Source: Candidatus Bathyarchaeia archaeon (GTDB lineage Archaea > Thermoproteota > Bathyarchaeia > Bathyarchaeales > Bathycorpusculaceae). Taken from it: a stretch of 64,000 nucleotides of DNA. The stretch is taken from assembly GCA_050010755.1 (NCBI GenBank), contig JBEKKK010000001.1, positions 192,001 through 256,000 on the forward strand, given 5' to 3'. The notes beneath the pieces were generated by a model that did no database searches, was not told the DNA's origin, and saw only the letters and a list, made by a program, of their open reading frames with translations. Shown piece after piece: positions 37,479-47,566 of this stretch (positions are counted from its first letter, which is position 1; each line of letters starts with the position of its first letter). Position numbers and translations under genes: made by a program.

Positions 37479-38057
37479 TCACTTGTACCATGCAGCGAAC
37501 TTTCGAAAAGCTGCTGCGCGATGCGAGCGCTTGCATTTTTCAAGGACACTCATTTGTGCAAATGTTTCGTCGCTCTTGTCCGGCTTGAATATGGGGTCGA
37601 AGCCGAAACCCATTTTGCTTGCCTTACTTTGTTTGGGGACTATTTTTCCCGAGACGGAGCCTTCGAAACAAATTGGCGATTTTAGCTGGGAGGAAAAGTA
37701 TGCTATGACTGATTTGAACGTGGCTCTTCTGTCGTCTACCCTCTCCATCAGCTTGAGCAATCCCTTGTTGCCTATCGTTCGGTAAGCGTAGGCGGCGTAA
37801 GGACCTGGAAAACCATTAAGGGATTCTACGAACAACCCAGCATCTTCAACCACCATTGGCAGCCTGTATTTTTCAAAAGCCTCCATAACGCTGGCGTGTG
37901 CAATTTCCTGTATACTATCGCTCTGGATTTCCAGAGACTTGACTCTGAGCATTCCAACTGCGATGTTGCTCTCTGCCAAGACCATTCTCGCTTCGTTGAA
38001 TTTGTTGATATTATTTGTTGCAAAGAAAACGAAGTGACCTTTAAGTTGAAAACTCAT
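37479..38057 (-). CDS. rdgB: XTP/dITP diphosphatase (HAM1/RdgB)
   Basis: FAT.N..K, EDAGL....LNGFPGPY, GFGFDPIF, SHR. Confidence 0.95.
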   Translation of the reverse strand: MSFQLKGHFVFFATNNINKFNEARMVLAESNIAVGMLRVKSLEIQSDSIQEIAHASVMEAFEKYRLPMVVEDAGLFVESLNGFPGPYAAYAYRTIGNKGLLKLMERVDDRRATFKSVIAYFSSQLKSPICFEGSVSGKIVPKQSKASKMGFGFDPIFKPDKSDETFAQMSVLEKCKRSHRAAAFRKFAAWYK

Positions 38058-38127
38058 TTTGCTTCACGTTTTCTCTTTGTACTGTCAGCTGAAAAACAGA
38101 GACATTCTTCATTATGTTTCTGTTTGA

Positions 38128-38784
38128 TCATTCTCTTTCCTTCCTTTCTGAGACATAGCGTCCTCTTTTTTCTATTTCTTTGATCTTTTCTAAAACGTTT
38201 TCTGATGTTCGTGGACTCAAAACTGTTGAATACCCCATTATTGCAGACTCGAAGCATTCGTCGGCAAATTTGTAATGTGTGCTTTGAAGGGCTCTCTTCA
38301 TCAGATGCAGATCGACTCCTCTGGCTTCAAGTTCTTTGGTTTTGTCGCCAAGCCCGAAATCTAGGAAGAAGATCTTTCCCTCCGTGCGGAGGATAAGGTT
38401 TGATGTTGTTAGGTCGCCGTGAACTATTCCGTATTCATGAAGTCTGCCTATCAGTTCGCCAATTCTAAAGCACAGACTTTGTCTCTGACTCTTGGAAACT
38501 TCATTCAGTATTTGCTTGATCTGCTTCCCTTCGATATACTCCATTACTATGGTGGTGCTCTTGTGATCTACCAAGAAGATTATCGGTGTGGGCACACCGG
38601 CTTTTTTGGCTTCATGCATCAGCTGGGGTTCATGAATCGTTCGGTAAGAGCGGATTTGTTCATCCAACATTTTGGGACGATACTCTTTTGGCAGACGCCT
38701 CTTCAGCACGGCTTTTCTTCCGTGCCAATCTGCGAGGTAAAGGTTGGCTTCGGCTCCTTTTTTCATCAGCGCCGGCCGTTTCAT
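38128..38784 (-). CDS. bud32: KEOPS kinase Bud32
   Basis: GAEA, K.YR...LD, HGDLTTSN, DFGL, RGRY. Confidence 0.95.
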   Translation of the reverse strand: MKRPALMKKGAEANLYLADWHGRKAVLKRRLPKEYRPKMLDEQIRSYRTIHEPQLMHEAKKAGVPTPIIFLVDHKSTTIVMEYIEGKQIKQILNEVSKSQRQSLCFRIGELIGRLHEYGIVHGDLTTSNLILRTEGKIFFLDFGLGDKTKELEARGVDLHLMKRALQSTHYKFADECFESAIMGYSTVLSPRTSENVLEKIKEIEKRGRYVSERKERE

Positions 38785-39803
38785 TGCATCCAGGGAATTT
38801 CAACCTCCTCAAGCCGCCACCTTAGCCGAACCTGACTTTTTTCGATCGGAGTTACCGTGCCGTGCGTGTACGCCAGAACGCCTGTCCAGGCGACCATGGC
38901 TCCGTTGTCAATCGCAAAGCGAGTCGGAACAACGTCGAATCGAGCGTCGTGTTCTCTTGCTACAGACTCGATCATATTTTGCAGCCTTTTGTTAGCGGCA
39001 ACCCCGCCTGTCAGTAGAACCTCCTCTCTTCCCGTGTGTGCCAAGGCCCTCTCCGTCACCTCCGTGACCATCGAAAACGCTGTCTCCTGAAGACTGTAGC
39101 AAAGATCTTCGAGCCCACACTCTCCTTTCTTAGAGAGGACAACCGCGGCAGTGAGCAAGCCGCTGAGAGACACATCCATGCCTTTAACAGTGTAGGGCAG
39201 CTTGATCAACTGTTTTCCACCGTGCGCAAGCTTTTCAACCACAGCTCCGAACGGCAGACCTGGCTTCTGATGCAGTCCAGCTTCCCTTGCAAAAACGTCC
39301 AGGCAGTTTCCCAAGGCAATGTCTAGCGTCTCGCCGAAGATTCGGTACCGTCCAGCTTCGAAGGCCGCAACGATGGTGTTACCTCCCGAAACGTAGAGGG
39401 TCATGGGATTCTTGGTTCGGGCTGCCAGTTTTCCTATCTCGATGTGCGCCACACAATGATTGATTCCCACGAGCGGGATCTTCAGATATGAAGCCAGCGC
39501 ACGAGCCACTGTTGCTCCGGTCCGGAGGCATGGACCCAGTCCCGGGCCTTGTGAAAACGCGATTACACACAGATTCTGCGGTTTTACTCCAGATTCTTTA
39601 AGAGCACCACCTAAAACCTTGCTTGCCACTTCAGCATGATGTCTCGCAGCCTCTCGCGGATGTATACCACCCTCCGATGGAACATACGCGTCTATTACGT
39701 TGGCCAGTATCTTGCCGTTGAATGTTGATATTCCGACGCTGAAATCATCAGCTGAAGATTCTATTCCCAAGCAGTAACGCTCTTCTGCCCTCTTTTTCGT
39801 CAT
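38781..39803 (-). CDS. kae1: t6A synthase Kae1
   Basis: GIESSA, GGIHPREAA.HH, GPGLGPCL, NHC.AH, DNGAM. Confidence 0.96.
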   Translation of the reverse strand: MTKKRAEERYCLGIESSADDFSVGISTFNGKILANVIDAYVPSEGGIHPREAARHHAEVASKVLGGALKESGVKPQNLCVIAFSQGPGLGPCLRTGATVARALASYLKIPLVGINHCVAHIEIGKLAARTKNPMTLYVSGGNTIVAAFEAGRYRIFGETLDIALGNCLDVFAREAGLHQKPGLPFGAVVEKLAHGGKQLIKLPYTVKGMDVSLSGLLTAAVVLSKKGECGLEDLCYSLQETAFSMVTEVTERALAHTGREEVLLTGGVAANKRLQNMIESVAREHDARFDVVPTRFAIDNGAMVAWTGVLAYTHGTVTPIEKSQVRLRWRLEEVEIPWMQ

Positions 39804-39916
39804 TTTTCTCGTCCTTGAACATGCAATTTTTCGAAGCGGAACATACACCTTTCTATCAAATACGGTTGTTAAAGATAAAGAGAAGATTCAAAACTCGCGA
39901 GCTAAGGAAAATGGGG

Positions 39917-41545
39917 TTAGGGGTAGTGTTGTCCGAAGTGTCTGGCCACGAGTGCGACGTCTCTCATGTTGACTGTGCCGTCGTCGTTGATGTCTGCATT
40001 TGCATTCCAATTGATCGAGCCGATTGTGGATCCGAAGGCTCTTACAACAAGGGCAATGTCCCTCATGTCCACTTTGAAGTCTCCGTTAATATCCCCTGTA
40101 ATCGTTACAACGACATTGCCGCCTGTGCAGTTGTTGTTTGCAGTGTTGGTTTCGCTTGGAACAGGCCAGGCGCAGACGTTTATGGTGTAGTTTCCGTAGA
40201 CCAAGCTTGTGGTGTTACACACGCAGACTAAGATTATTCCTGAGGCTCCTGCTGAAAGAGTGACGTTCACGAATGCAGACGCAATCAGGCTCGTGTTCGC
40301 GTAGACTGTGATGTTGAAGTTTTCCGTGTAGTCGCCTAGGTTGAATACTGGGGCGTTTACGTTCAGGTTGTACCCTTGACCGACGACAGTTTTGGAAGGC
40401 CAGACATTCGTGACTGCTATGTCATGTGGTGACCACGGATTCATCAGTGGATAGTGATCAGTGTTGTTTGCATCTATAACATATGGAGTGTCGCCAATTC
40501 CATCGCTTCCTGTCAAGTTCTGATATGGACCGCTGTAAACATCGGTTCCATTGTAATCGCTCCAATAGTTTCCGCCATAAGGATAACCGTCATCCCAACC
40601 ATTGTTCATCGATGTCTCGAAAATGTAAGCTTGATGGGTGTTGTTGACAACATTGTTGTGATAAATTCGATTGCGATTGGAGCTAGACAGATACAAGCCA
40701 TAACCACAGTTGTCTATATTGTTTCCACGAATGAGGCTTTCGTTACAACTGTATAAAACTAAGCCCTGGCAGGTGCGATCGAAGTTGTTGATGTCGTTAT
40801 CAACAAACCAGTTTCCTTCGGAATTGGCCCATCCTACTATGTACATGTATGAAGTAGTGCAGTTTTGGATGTTGTTATTTGAGAAAACATTGTTGGATGA
40901 TTGATCCATCCATATCGCTGCTGCGTTGTTGAAAAAGCTGTTGTTAGATATGTAATTTGTGCCGGACTGAAACAGATTGATGGCTTCGGCGTTGTTACCA
41001 GTAAGATTGTTTTCTTCGATGGTGTTGTTATAGGAGTTGTTCAGTACTATACCATGGCCCAGATTGTCTGCAATTTGATTGGCATTAATTGTGATGTTAT
41101 TGGATGAAAGCAGTAGGATGCCATAGTTGCTCTGTTCAATGATGTTGTCTGTGACGTTGATGAAGTTCGCGCCATTGAGACAGATACTTGAGTTGGGATA
41201 GTAGAGCCCACTGTTCTTTATCGTGAACCCTGTCAGAACTACACTGTTTGCGATAATGTTTGCTACGATGCCTTCTTTTCCACCATCTATTATTGTCGTT
41301 TCCCTGCTTTCGCCGATTAAAGATAACGATTTGTCAACAGTAACATTTTCATAGTATGTTCCATTTCTGACGAAGACCGTGTCTCCATCACTTGCAGCGT
41401 TTATGGCTCCCTGTATTGTCGGATAATCGTCTGGAACTATGATGGTTGTAGGCTGTGCCTTGACTGGCTTAATGTTGAATGCCAATACTACCATGCCCAT
41501 TAACAATAATGACAACAATATTCCAGAAAATATTCTTCTGGACAT
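39917..41545 (-). CDS. Secreted beta-helix (NosD/CASH) protein with CARDB and dockerin-like domains
   Basis: VPDDYPTIQ.AI, Asn-rich PbH1 repeats, GGNYWSDY, GDINGD.KVD..D dockerin. Confidence 0.9.
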   Translation of the reverse strand: MSRRIFSGILLSLLLMGMVVLAFNIKPVKAQPTTIIVPDDYPTIQGAINAASDGDTVFVRNGTYYENVTVDKSLSLIGESRETTIIDGGKEGIVANIIANSVVLTGFTIKNSGLYYPNSSICLNGANFINVTDNIIEQSNYGILLLSSNNITINANQIADNLGHGIVLNNSYNNTIEENNLTGNNAEAINLFQSGTNYISNNSFFNNAAAIWMDQSSNNVFSNNNIQNCTTSYMYIVGWANSEGNWFVDNDINNFDRTCQGLVLYSCNESLIRGNNIDNCGYGLYLSSSNRNRIYHNNVVNNTHQAYIFETSMNNGWDDGYPYGGNYWSDYNGTDVYSGPYQNLTGSDGIGDTPYVIDANNTDHYPLMNPWSPHDIAVTNVWPSKTVVGQGYNLNVNAPVFNLGDYTENFNITVYANTSLIASAFVNVTLSAGASGIILVCVCNTTSLVYGNYTINVCAWPVPSETNTANNNCTGGNVVVTITGDINGDFKVDMRDIALVVRAFGSTIGSINWNANADINDDGTVNMRDVALVARHFGQHYP

Positions 41546-41641
41546 TTCTCCTCTCTCCTTTCAGGAACTAAGGATGGGCAATTCAAAGAATTAACACTTG
41601 TGGAACGACTATCTGTTGAACATTACAACGTATCTTGAACG

Positions 41642-41734
41642 CTAGCGCGCGCGAAGTACAACAGATGAATAACTCTTATTTGCGAAACAAACACAATAGG
41701 ATACCACTACAGAGGATAAGCTCGCGCGCGCTAG
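41642..41734. repeat. 93-bp segment bounded by perfect 13-bp inverted repeats (MITE-like)
   Basis: CTAGCGCGCGCGA (41642-41654) / TCGCGCGCGCTAG (41722-41734). Confidence 0.6.
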
Positions 41735-41756
41735 GAGAAAAAATGGAAGGTGTACT

Positions 41757-42275
41757 TTATGTCACATCTACCGATATCTGCAGGTTTGCTGTGACGGCGT
41801 TAGCACCAGCGGCTGCCTGTGTCTGAACGTATAGTATCCATTGTGTGCTTGCCGGCAGTGTCATGTATGACGTTGTGGTCGGAGTGATCCAAGTGATGCC
41901 TGAAACCGTGTAGTTGAAGGAAGCCTGTGCGCCTCCAGATGTGTTCTCGACAACGAAATTGAAGAATACGAAGTTTGCCACTGTTGCTGTTCCTGTGGCA
42001 GGTGTGATTGAAACGTGGCGTAGTCTGAAAATGTGAGATGCACTGTCGATGTTGCTGATGTTTAGTGGTTGATCGTATGTTAGAGTCGTGTTAGGATATG
42101 CTTTGAGGGCTAGGCTGGCCCATGTTGAGTTGGTTCCCATGGTCGATCCGGTGGGCCAGTCAGTTCCTGAAACAAACACTACAGTCACGCCGGTTACTGC
42201 CGCGCTTGGTTGCATTAATATTGAATAGTATATCGCTGATGCGATGAGCAGTGATAATAGGCGAGCTCGGGACAA
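41757..42275 (-). CDS. Secreted Thr-rich beta protein
   Basis: Signal peptide; GGAGA SD. Confidence 0.7.
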   Translation of the reverse strand: MSRARLLSLLIASAIYYSILMQPSAAVTGVTVVFVSGTDWPTGSTMGTNSTWASLALKAYPNTTLTYDQPLNISNIDSASHIFRLRHVSITPATGTATVANFVFFNFVVENTSGGAQASFNYTVSGITWITPTTTSYMTLPASTQWILYVQTQAAAGANAVTANLQISVDVT

Positions 42276-42519
42276 TTGACCATCTCCTTACCCCAGTGAA
42301 GAATGCACATGACCTAGTATAGACATTGTTTCAAACTTGGATGTATTCCAACGCCGAAAACCGATCAATCGCGAACCCTAGGAAATCTTGACGCGCACGT
42401 GTTTTGCAAATAGCGCGCGCTACTATCAGAAAACACGCTTATGACGAGCGGAGATTTTCCGCAAACTTTAAGCCGAGTTTGGAAGTAACCGTCTATTCAG
42501 AAACTGGGAAGGACAACCA

Positions 42520-42681
42520 TTGATTATCATTTGGCTCATAGTTTTGGTTGCGGCTCTCGCAGTTGTCTTGTCAACCGTCGCTGTCATAATTTGGCTTATG
42601 AGAAGACGACAATCGGTCAATGGATCCAAAAAGAATCGAGTGCCGCCTCCACCTCCGCCCGCGCTCTGTGATCTCCATTAA
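42520..42681 (+). CDS. Small single-TM protein with polyproline tail (53 aa; not in ORF track)
   Basis: TTG start; IIIWLIVLVAALAVVLSTVAVIIWLMRRR...PPPPPP. Confidence 0.45.
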   Translation: MIIIWLIVLVAALAVVLSTVAVIIWLMRRRQSVNGSKKNRVPPPPPPALCDLH

Positions 42682-43169
42682 CACCTAGCCTTATTGCGTC
42701 CTAGGCCTGCCTAATGTGCAAACTTGAATAGATTATTCTTCTAGAACTATCTTCCACAAGCCGTATTTGATTGGTACTGACTATCAAGATTGTACGAGAA
42801 GGGAAAGGACAGAGGGAAAGGGCAACGGGGAAAGGATGGAAAAAATATGCCCTTCCCCTCAGCCATCCGGCTTGTTCTTTGCAGTTGCTATTTAAATAGC
42901 TTCTGGACTCTTCCTTCTGCGGCGCGCGCTATTGAAGCTTCTCGGCACACATCGGACATTTAAGCGGATAATTGTCTTTCCTCATCATTCTTATTTCACA
43001 AAAAAAGCGCGCACGCTCTATCTCTTTTCAACAGTCGAGATGCCCCTGCTACCGCTGGGTATCGCTCAGCCGCCACACGTGATGCAGCAGAAAAGCTGGT
43101 GATAAGTCCCAAACGAAGAGGCCTTCTTGCGCGCCTCGGTCTTCAGATGCGCGGATATGGTTTAATGAA

Positions 43170-43889
43170 TTAATCCAATAGTTTTCCGAGTTCTCTTAAA
43201 ACTTGTTCTTTTGTCTTTTCTGTGAATTCAGTCGTGACGAACGTTCCTTTCCATGAATCCAAAAACCGTTTGTCGGAGATTTCGGTAATGATCAGTTTCA
43301 GATTCTTCTTTATCATCTCTGGATGAGCTAGTGCCTTCTTTGCTCTTTCCTCCGTATCGTCTGGGATGCCGTTTCTCCAGACTAACGTAGCTATGTCTCT
43401 AATGTCGCTTGGTCTTGCGGACATCATCTTCAAGAGCAAATAATCAGTATAATCAGGAACGAAAATCTCTACTTCCTTTTCAGCGATAGGAATCTTCACT
43501 TTCTTGGTCTTCTGCAAGAACTCCTGAGTTATGTAGAATACCTGCTCATCCGTTCTTCCTCTCACTTCTCCCTCCAGGAAATCGATTGATATCTTTGCAC
43601 CTCTGCTTTCGATCTGAAGGAGCTTGACACATCGTAGAAAACCGTAATTGTCTCTTTTCTCAAAGGTTTCGATGCTTAAGTCTTTAGGCAACAACGTTTG
43701 TATCCTGTCCAAATTCCAACCTTTCGATTTCTTTAGGACGAAATCGCAGTCTCTTGTGTACCTTGAAAATGTCGCGAATGCTCTGAGAGCATAGCCGCCG
43801 ATCGTTACAATCTTAGGATTTTCAAATCCGTTGGTTTGTTTAGAAAAGTGATCGATCAACTTTTCAATCTCTTCTTCTCTTACATTCAT
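43170..43889 (-). CDS. Nucleotidyltransferase, AbiEii/MenT-like toxin
   Basis: IGGYAL.......R.T.DCD motif; LK....R..D..D. Confidence 0.75.
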   Translation of the reverse strand: MNVREEEIEKLIDHFSKQTNGFENPKIVTIGGYALRAFATFSRYTRDCDFVLKKSKGWNLDRIQTLLPKDLSIETFEKRDNYGFLRCVKLLQIESRGAKISIDFLEGEVRGRTDEQVFYITQEFLQKTKKVKIPIAEKEVEIFVPDYTDYLLLKMMSARPSDIRDIATLVWRNGIPDDTEERAKKALAHPEMIKKNLKLIITEISDKRFLDSWKGTFVTTEFTEKTKEQVLRELGKLLD

Positions 43890-43902
43890 AACGTCGACAT
43901 GT

Positions 43903-44613
43903 CTAACCAAGTTCAGCAACCTTCTCTATTGCTTCATCAATTTCTCTTCTGACGAATGTGTCTTCCATTTTTGCTTCTCTGTGCCGGAATTCTACTCCGC
44001 TTAATTCGCCTAATTGATGGAAACCATACTCTAAGGCCTGTTTGGCCCTCACGTTTGTCTTTGAGATTCTCTTCCAATATGATTCCTTGTACAATCTATC
44101 CAAATTGATTCTGTCTTTGTTTTCATACAAGGTAGCGAATGCATCTGCGAAAGCCCATTTTTGCAAGCACACTATCACATTTTCTTCCATATCCTCAACA
44201 AACAAGTTTCCCATTTTTCTGTATCTAATCTCAGATGGGTCTTTTGAATACTCTATCTCAAAGGTCCAACCTCTTTTCTTTCCGAACTCTTTCAATGCCT
44301 CTCCGTAAGACCTGTCCTTGACCTTTAATACGTAAATATCTCTATGAACAAAGTCATGGTTCCAGAAGGACGCAGCAGTCTGGGCTGAGACTACTTTAAA
44401 GTTCTTGTCTTTCTCCAAAAAGTCCCAGACATCCTTGACCTTGGTAGGAATCCAATACCAACCCCACTTGACCCTTTCAACTAAGGCCTCCTTGGATAAT
44501 TTGTTCAAGTATTCCTTGGCGTTTGGCTCAACGCCTTTCACAGAGCTAACTCTAACCAAACTTCCTTTAGAGGATCTCAATCTCTTGTTAAACTCTGTCA
44601 AGTATTCGGGCAT
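43903..44613 (-). CDS. AbiEi-like antitoxin (wHTH N-terminus)
   Basis: L.KL.KE.LVERV.WG.Y and S..TAA..W patterns; directly upstream of the NTase. Confidence 0.65.
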   Translation of the reverse strand: MPEYLTEFNKRLRSSKGSLVRVSSVKGVEPNAKEYLNKLSKEALVERVKWGWYWIPTKVKDVWDFLEKDKNFKVVSAQTAASFWNHDFVHRDIYVLKVKDRSYGEALKEFGKKRGWTFEIEYSKDPSEIRYRKMGNLFVEDMEENVIVCLQKWAFADAFATLYENKDRINLDRLYKESYWKRISKTNVRAKQALEYGFHQLGELSGVEFRHREAKMEDTFVRREIDEAIEKVAELG

Positions 44614-44796
44614 TGTTGTTCACCTTTTATTATTGTTTGGCAAACTACTTAAAGATATCCGTTCACCTTTCAGCATGTTCTGGCAAAGAAGATGTTATGT
44701 TGGAAAACTCCAAACCTATCATTATTAGCGCGCGCCTTCCCACGTTTCTTGTGGACGTTTTCCCATGTTTCTTGTGAGCGTGCGCACTTGTTACGT

Positions 44797-44990
44797 TCAT
44801 GCTTTTTTAGAAATGCTGATTTGGTGCTCTCTCAAGACAACGGCGACAGCGAAGACTACGGTCAGCGCGACTAGGCTTAGCACTGTCGGTGTTAGGCGGA
44901 TGCCCCCCGGCGTGTAGTTTAGGAGTAGGCCCATGATGGGAACGAAAGCCAGGCTCATGCCTATACTGAGGGCTGTGCGTTCGATGATGA
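44797..44990 (-). pseudogene. DUF1616 membrane protein fragment
   Basis: IER.ALS.G.SLA.VP..GL.LNYTP.GI.L.P; N-terminal part absent. Confidence 0.65.
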
Positions 44991-45162
44991 AGTTAGTATT
45001 TTCTGTAATATTATATGAGGAAGGACAGAGAGGCATTATTTCCGTTTTTGGGCATAGCCGCAAGTTTGTCACTTTCATTTTTCCATGGTGTTTTACAATT
45101 GTTGTGGATATACCTTTTTATTTTAAAACAACACGTATTAAAGTGGATTGGAACGGATCGAG

Positions 45163-45543
45163 ATGCCGAAACGCAATGACTTGGAACAGAAGGCTCTGCA
45201 ATTCATAGTGAACACCGGTTTCAATGGGGTTCTTCAATCAGACCTGTGGCATGAACTCGGAGCAACCAGTCGAGAAGGCTCTAGAATATCGTTGAAGCTG
45301 GAGATTAAGGGACTCATCCGTCGAGAGAAAGAGCTTCGAGAAGGAAGATGGACATTCAGACTTTTCCCGAAGAGGTTGCCGGCCTCAATCGATTCCATAG
45401 CGGACTGTCCATGCCTAATGTGTCCAGATAACCCCCGATGCGACCCATCAAGCGCAACTTCACCCCAAACCTGCGAGCGCCTCACGGACTGGCTCCTCAA
45501 CATATCTGGAACCGCCCAGCAAGGCACGATGGGTGACAGTTAA
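45163..45543 (+). CDS. Transcription factor E beta subunit (RPC34-like, wHTH + 4Fe-4S)
   Basis: G.LQS.LW..L...SREGSR..LKLE; CPCLMC.....C........P..C..L..W. Confidence 0.85.
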   Translation: MPKRNDLEQKALQFIVNTGFNGVLQSDLWHELGATSREGSRISLKLEIKGLIRREKELREGRWTFRLFPKRLPASIDSIADCPCLMCPDNPRCDPSSATSPQTCERLTDWLLNISGTAQQGTMGDS

Positions 45544-46160
45544 TCTCGCCAAAAGCGTGGATCCAGGACAGGAAAAGAGACTACTACTATCAAAAGGCAA
45601 AACAGGAGAAATACCGTTCCAGAGCCTCGTACAAGTTGTTCCAAACAATCCAAAAATACCATTTTATAGAATTCGGCGATGTCGTCGTCGACTTAGGCGC
45701 GGCGCCTGGAGGATGGATTCAGGCGGCGAGAAAAACGGCGGGAAAACGAGGCTTCGTCCTGGGCGTCGATTTGAAGCACATCGAACCTTTTCCGCAGGAT
45801 TATGTCAGGACAATAATCTGTGACATTACGGAACAGGATGCTGCTCAACAAATTTCACAGATGCTTCCTAGAAAAGCTGATGTGGTGATTTCGGACGCCT
45901 CTCCCAACATCTCGGGAATATGGGATGTTGACCACGCTCGACAAATAGATATGGCACAGCATGCGCTGCAAATAGCTTTAGAGACGCTCAGGCCCGGAGG
46001 CAACTTCTTCGTGAAGGTCTTCCAAGGTGACATGCTTGACGGTTACACGCATGAGGTGAAGCAGCACTTTGAAACCGTCCTGGTGATAAAGCCCAAAGCA
46101 AGCAGGGCCAAGAGCTCGGAGATGTTCATTCTAGGACGGAATTTGCAAGAGGCTGCTTAA
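45543..46160 (+). CDS. rlmE: 23S rRNA U2552 2'-O-methyltransferase RlmE/FtsJ
   Basis: D.YY..AK.E.YRSRA.YKL, DLGAAPGGW, VKVFQG, P.ASR..S.E; conserved N-terminus requires a start upstream of 45636 (ATC at 45543). Confidence 0.92.
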   Translation: MSPKAWIQDRKRDYYYQKAKQEKYRSRASYKLFQTIQKYHFIEFGDVVVDLGAAPGGWIQAARKTAGKRGFVLGVDLKHIEPFPQDYVRTIICDITEQDAAQQISQMLPRKADVVISDASPNISGIWDVDHARQIDMAQHALQIALETLRPGGNFFVKVFQGDMLDGYTHEVKQHFETVLVIKPKASRAKSSEMFILGRNLQEAA

Positions 46161-46209
46161 GCAGCAAACATAAATTCTATCAGTTGATTTATGTAGATTC
46201 GGTGAAAAC

Positions 46210-46902
46210 CTGAGAATCATCGCGGCGGACTCGTCTGCAGCCGTTTTGAACGAGAAGTTCGAGCCCTTGTCGATTGTGGCCGCAGCGTCAGTCCTAGTGG
46301 TTCCGCCCTACCGAGAAGCAAGCGCGTTCTTGGCAGAGCCGATTTTTGCAAACGCAGCCAACGGAAGCGAAGTCGTCGTTCACGAGGCGGAACTCTGCAG
46401 AGAACTTATAGGAAAAGTGAAGGCAGACGTGGTGCACTTGGACATGTCTCTGGGATCTACTCCACTGGAACAGCTTTCACCGATTCAATTCACTAACATG
46501 AGAATATCCTCCAAGGCAAAGCAGCACCTTCTCAAAATCTTGCCAAGGATAAGAAAGATTGCGAATGAGATAACGCTGAAGCACGGAGCAGACGTGTTGG
46601 CGATAGGCAAAGAAAGCATCCCTGTGAGAATTGCAGAGTTGACGGCAGGCGCGCACGCAATACTGTACGCGTCTGAAAAGGCCGTCGCAGAAGGAAAGCC
46701 GCTCCTTCTGGGCCTGCCCTCCAGATGCCAACCCCGCTTCACCGAAGGCGCAGTGAGCCTCTACTCACTCATGGCCGCAGAACACGACGTGAGAGGCTCC
46801 GCAGAAGATTCAACGAAAACCCTAGACAAGGTTAATATCGCGGAAATGTTAAACCCAGTTGCAAGAGGCTTTCGAACCTTAAGAATAACGCCTAAAAACT
46901 GA
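46210..46902 (+). CDS. DUF4152 family protein
   Basis: (M)RIIAADSSAA.LNE N-terminus after GGTGA SD (CTG start); DVVHLD, GKES.PVRIAEL. Confidence 0.8.
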   Translation: MRIIAADSSAAVLNEKFEPLSIVAAASVLVVPPYREASAFLAEPIFANAANGSEVVVHEAELCRELIGKVKADVVHLDMSLGSTPLEQLSPIQFTNMRISSKAKQHLLKILPRIRKIANEITLKHGADVLAIGKESIPVRIAELTAGAHAILYASEKAVAEGKPLLLGLPSRCQPRFTEGAVSLYSLMAAEHDVRGSAEDSTKTLDKVNIAEMLNPVARGFRTLRITPKN

Positions 46903-46918
46903 ACGAGGATGATGTGCC

Positions 46919-47497
46919 ATGGGTATGAGTTTGTGGAAAGGCGCCTCCTCAAGAGGCAGAAGGATAATGATTATCGTTGCATTTTTGCTATTCGCAGTAT
47001 TGGTGACCATAATCGGCATTCTAGCTCCCCTGAGCTCTCAACAGATCGCAAGCGAGAACAGCGAATTGAACAGTACACAACAACAGATCCAAGGCATGGA
47101 TTTTGCGCATCGAACTGTGGCAATATTCCTGAACAACTTTGAGATATGTCTCCTGATGTTTGTGCCTTTCTTGGGAATCTTCATAGGAACATTTACACTA
47201 TTCAACACAGGCAGTGTGCTCGCAGCGCAGACGATAACCATAAACGCGAGCAACGCCGCTCGCATTCCTCCCATTCCTGCCGTTCCTCCCATTCTTGTCT
47301 TTGGGTTCCTGTTTGTTTTTCCGTTCGCATGGCTGGAATTCATATCGTACTCCACAGCTCTCTCAGAGGGCTTCTGGCTCATCAGACGCGGCTTACAGGG
47401 CGAATTGAAACGAGAAATCAAAAATCTTGGAAAACTCATCCTGATTACTGCAGCATTGCTTGCGGCAGGGGCCTTAATAGAAGCAGCCCTTATCTAA
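46919..47497 (+). CDS. SpoIIM/DUF95 family membrane protein
   Basis: IFLNN, P.A.LE, L...A.IE motifs. Confidence 0.85.
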   Translation: MGMSLWKGASSRGRRIMIIVAFLLFAVLVTIIGILAPLSSQQIASENSELNSTQQQIQGMDFAHRTVAIFLNNFEICLLMFVPFLGIFIGTFTLFNTGSVLAAQTITINASNAARIPPIPAVPPILVFGFLFVFPFAWLEFISYSTALSEGFWLIRRGLQGELKREIKNLGKLILITAALLAAGALIEAALI

Positions 47498-47566
47498 ACC
47501 CTCAGCTTAGCGTTGTGGGTTTGCAGACGGAAGGCCACAACCTCTGCCGCATTCGCGGGACTTGAC

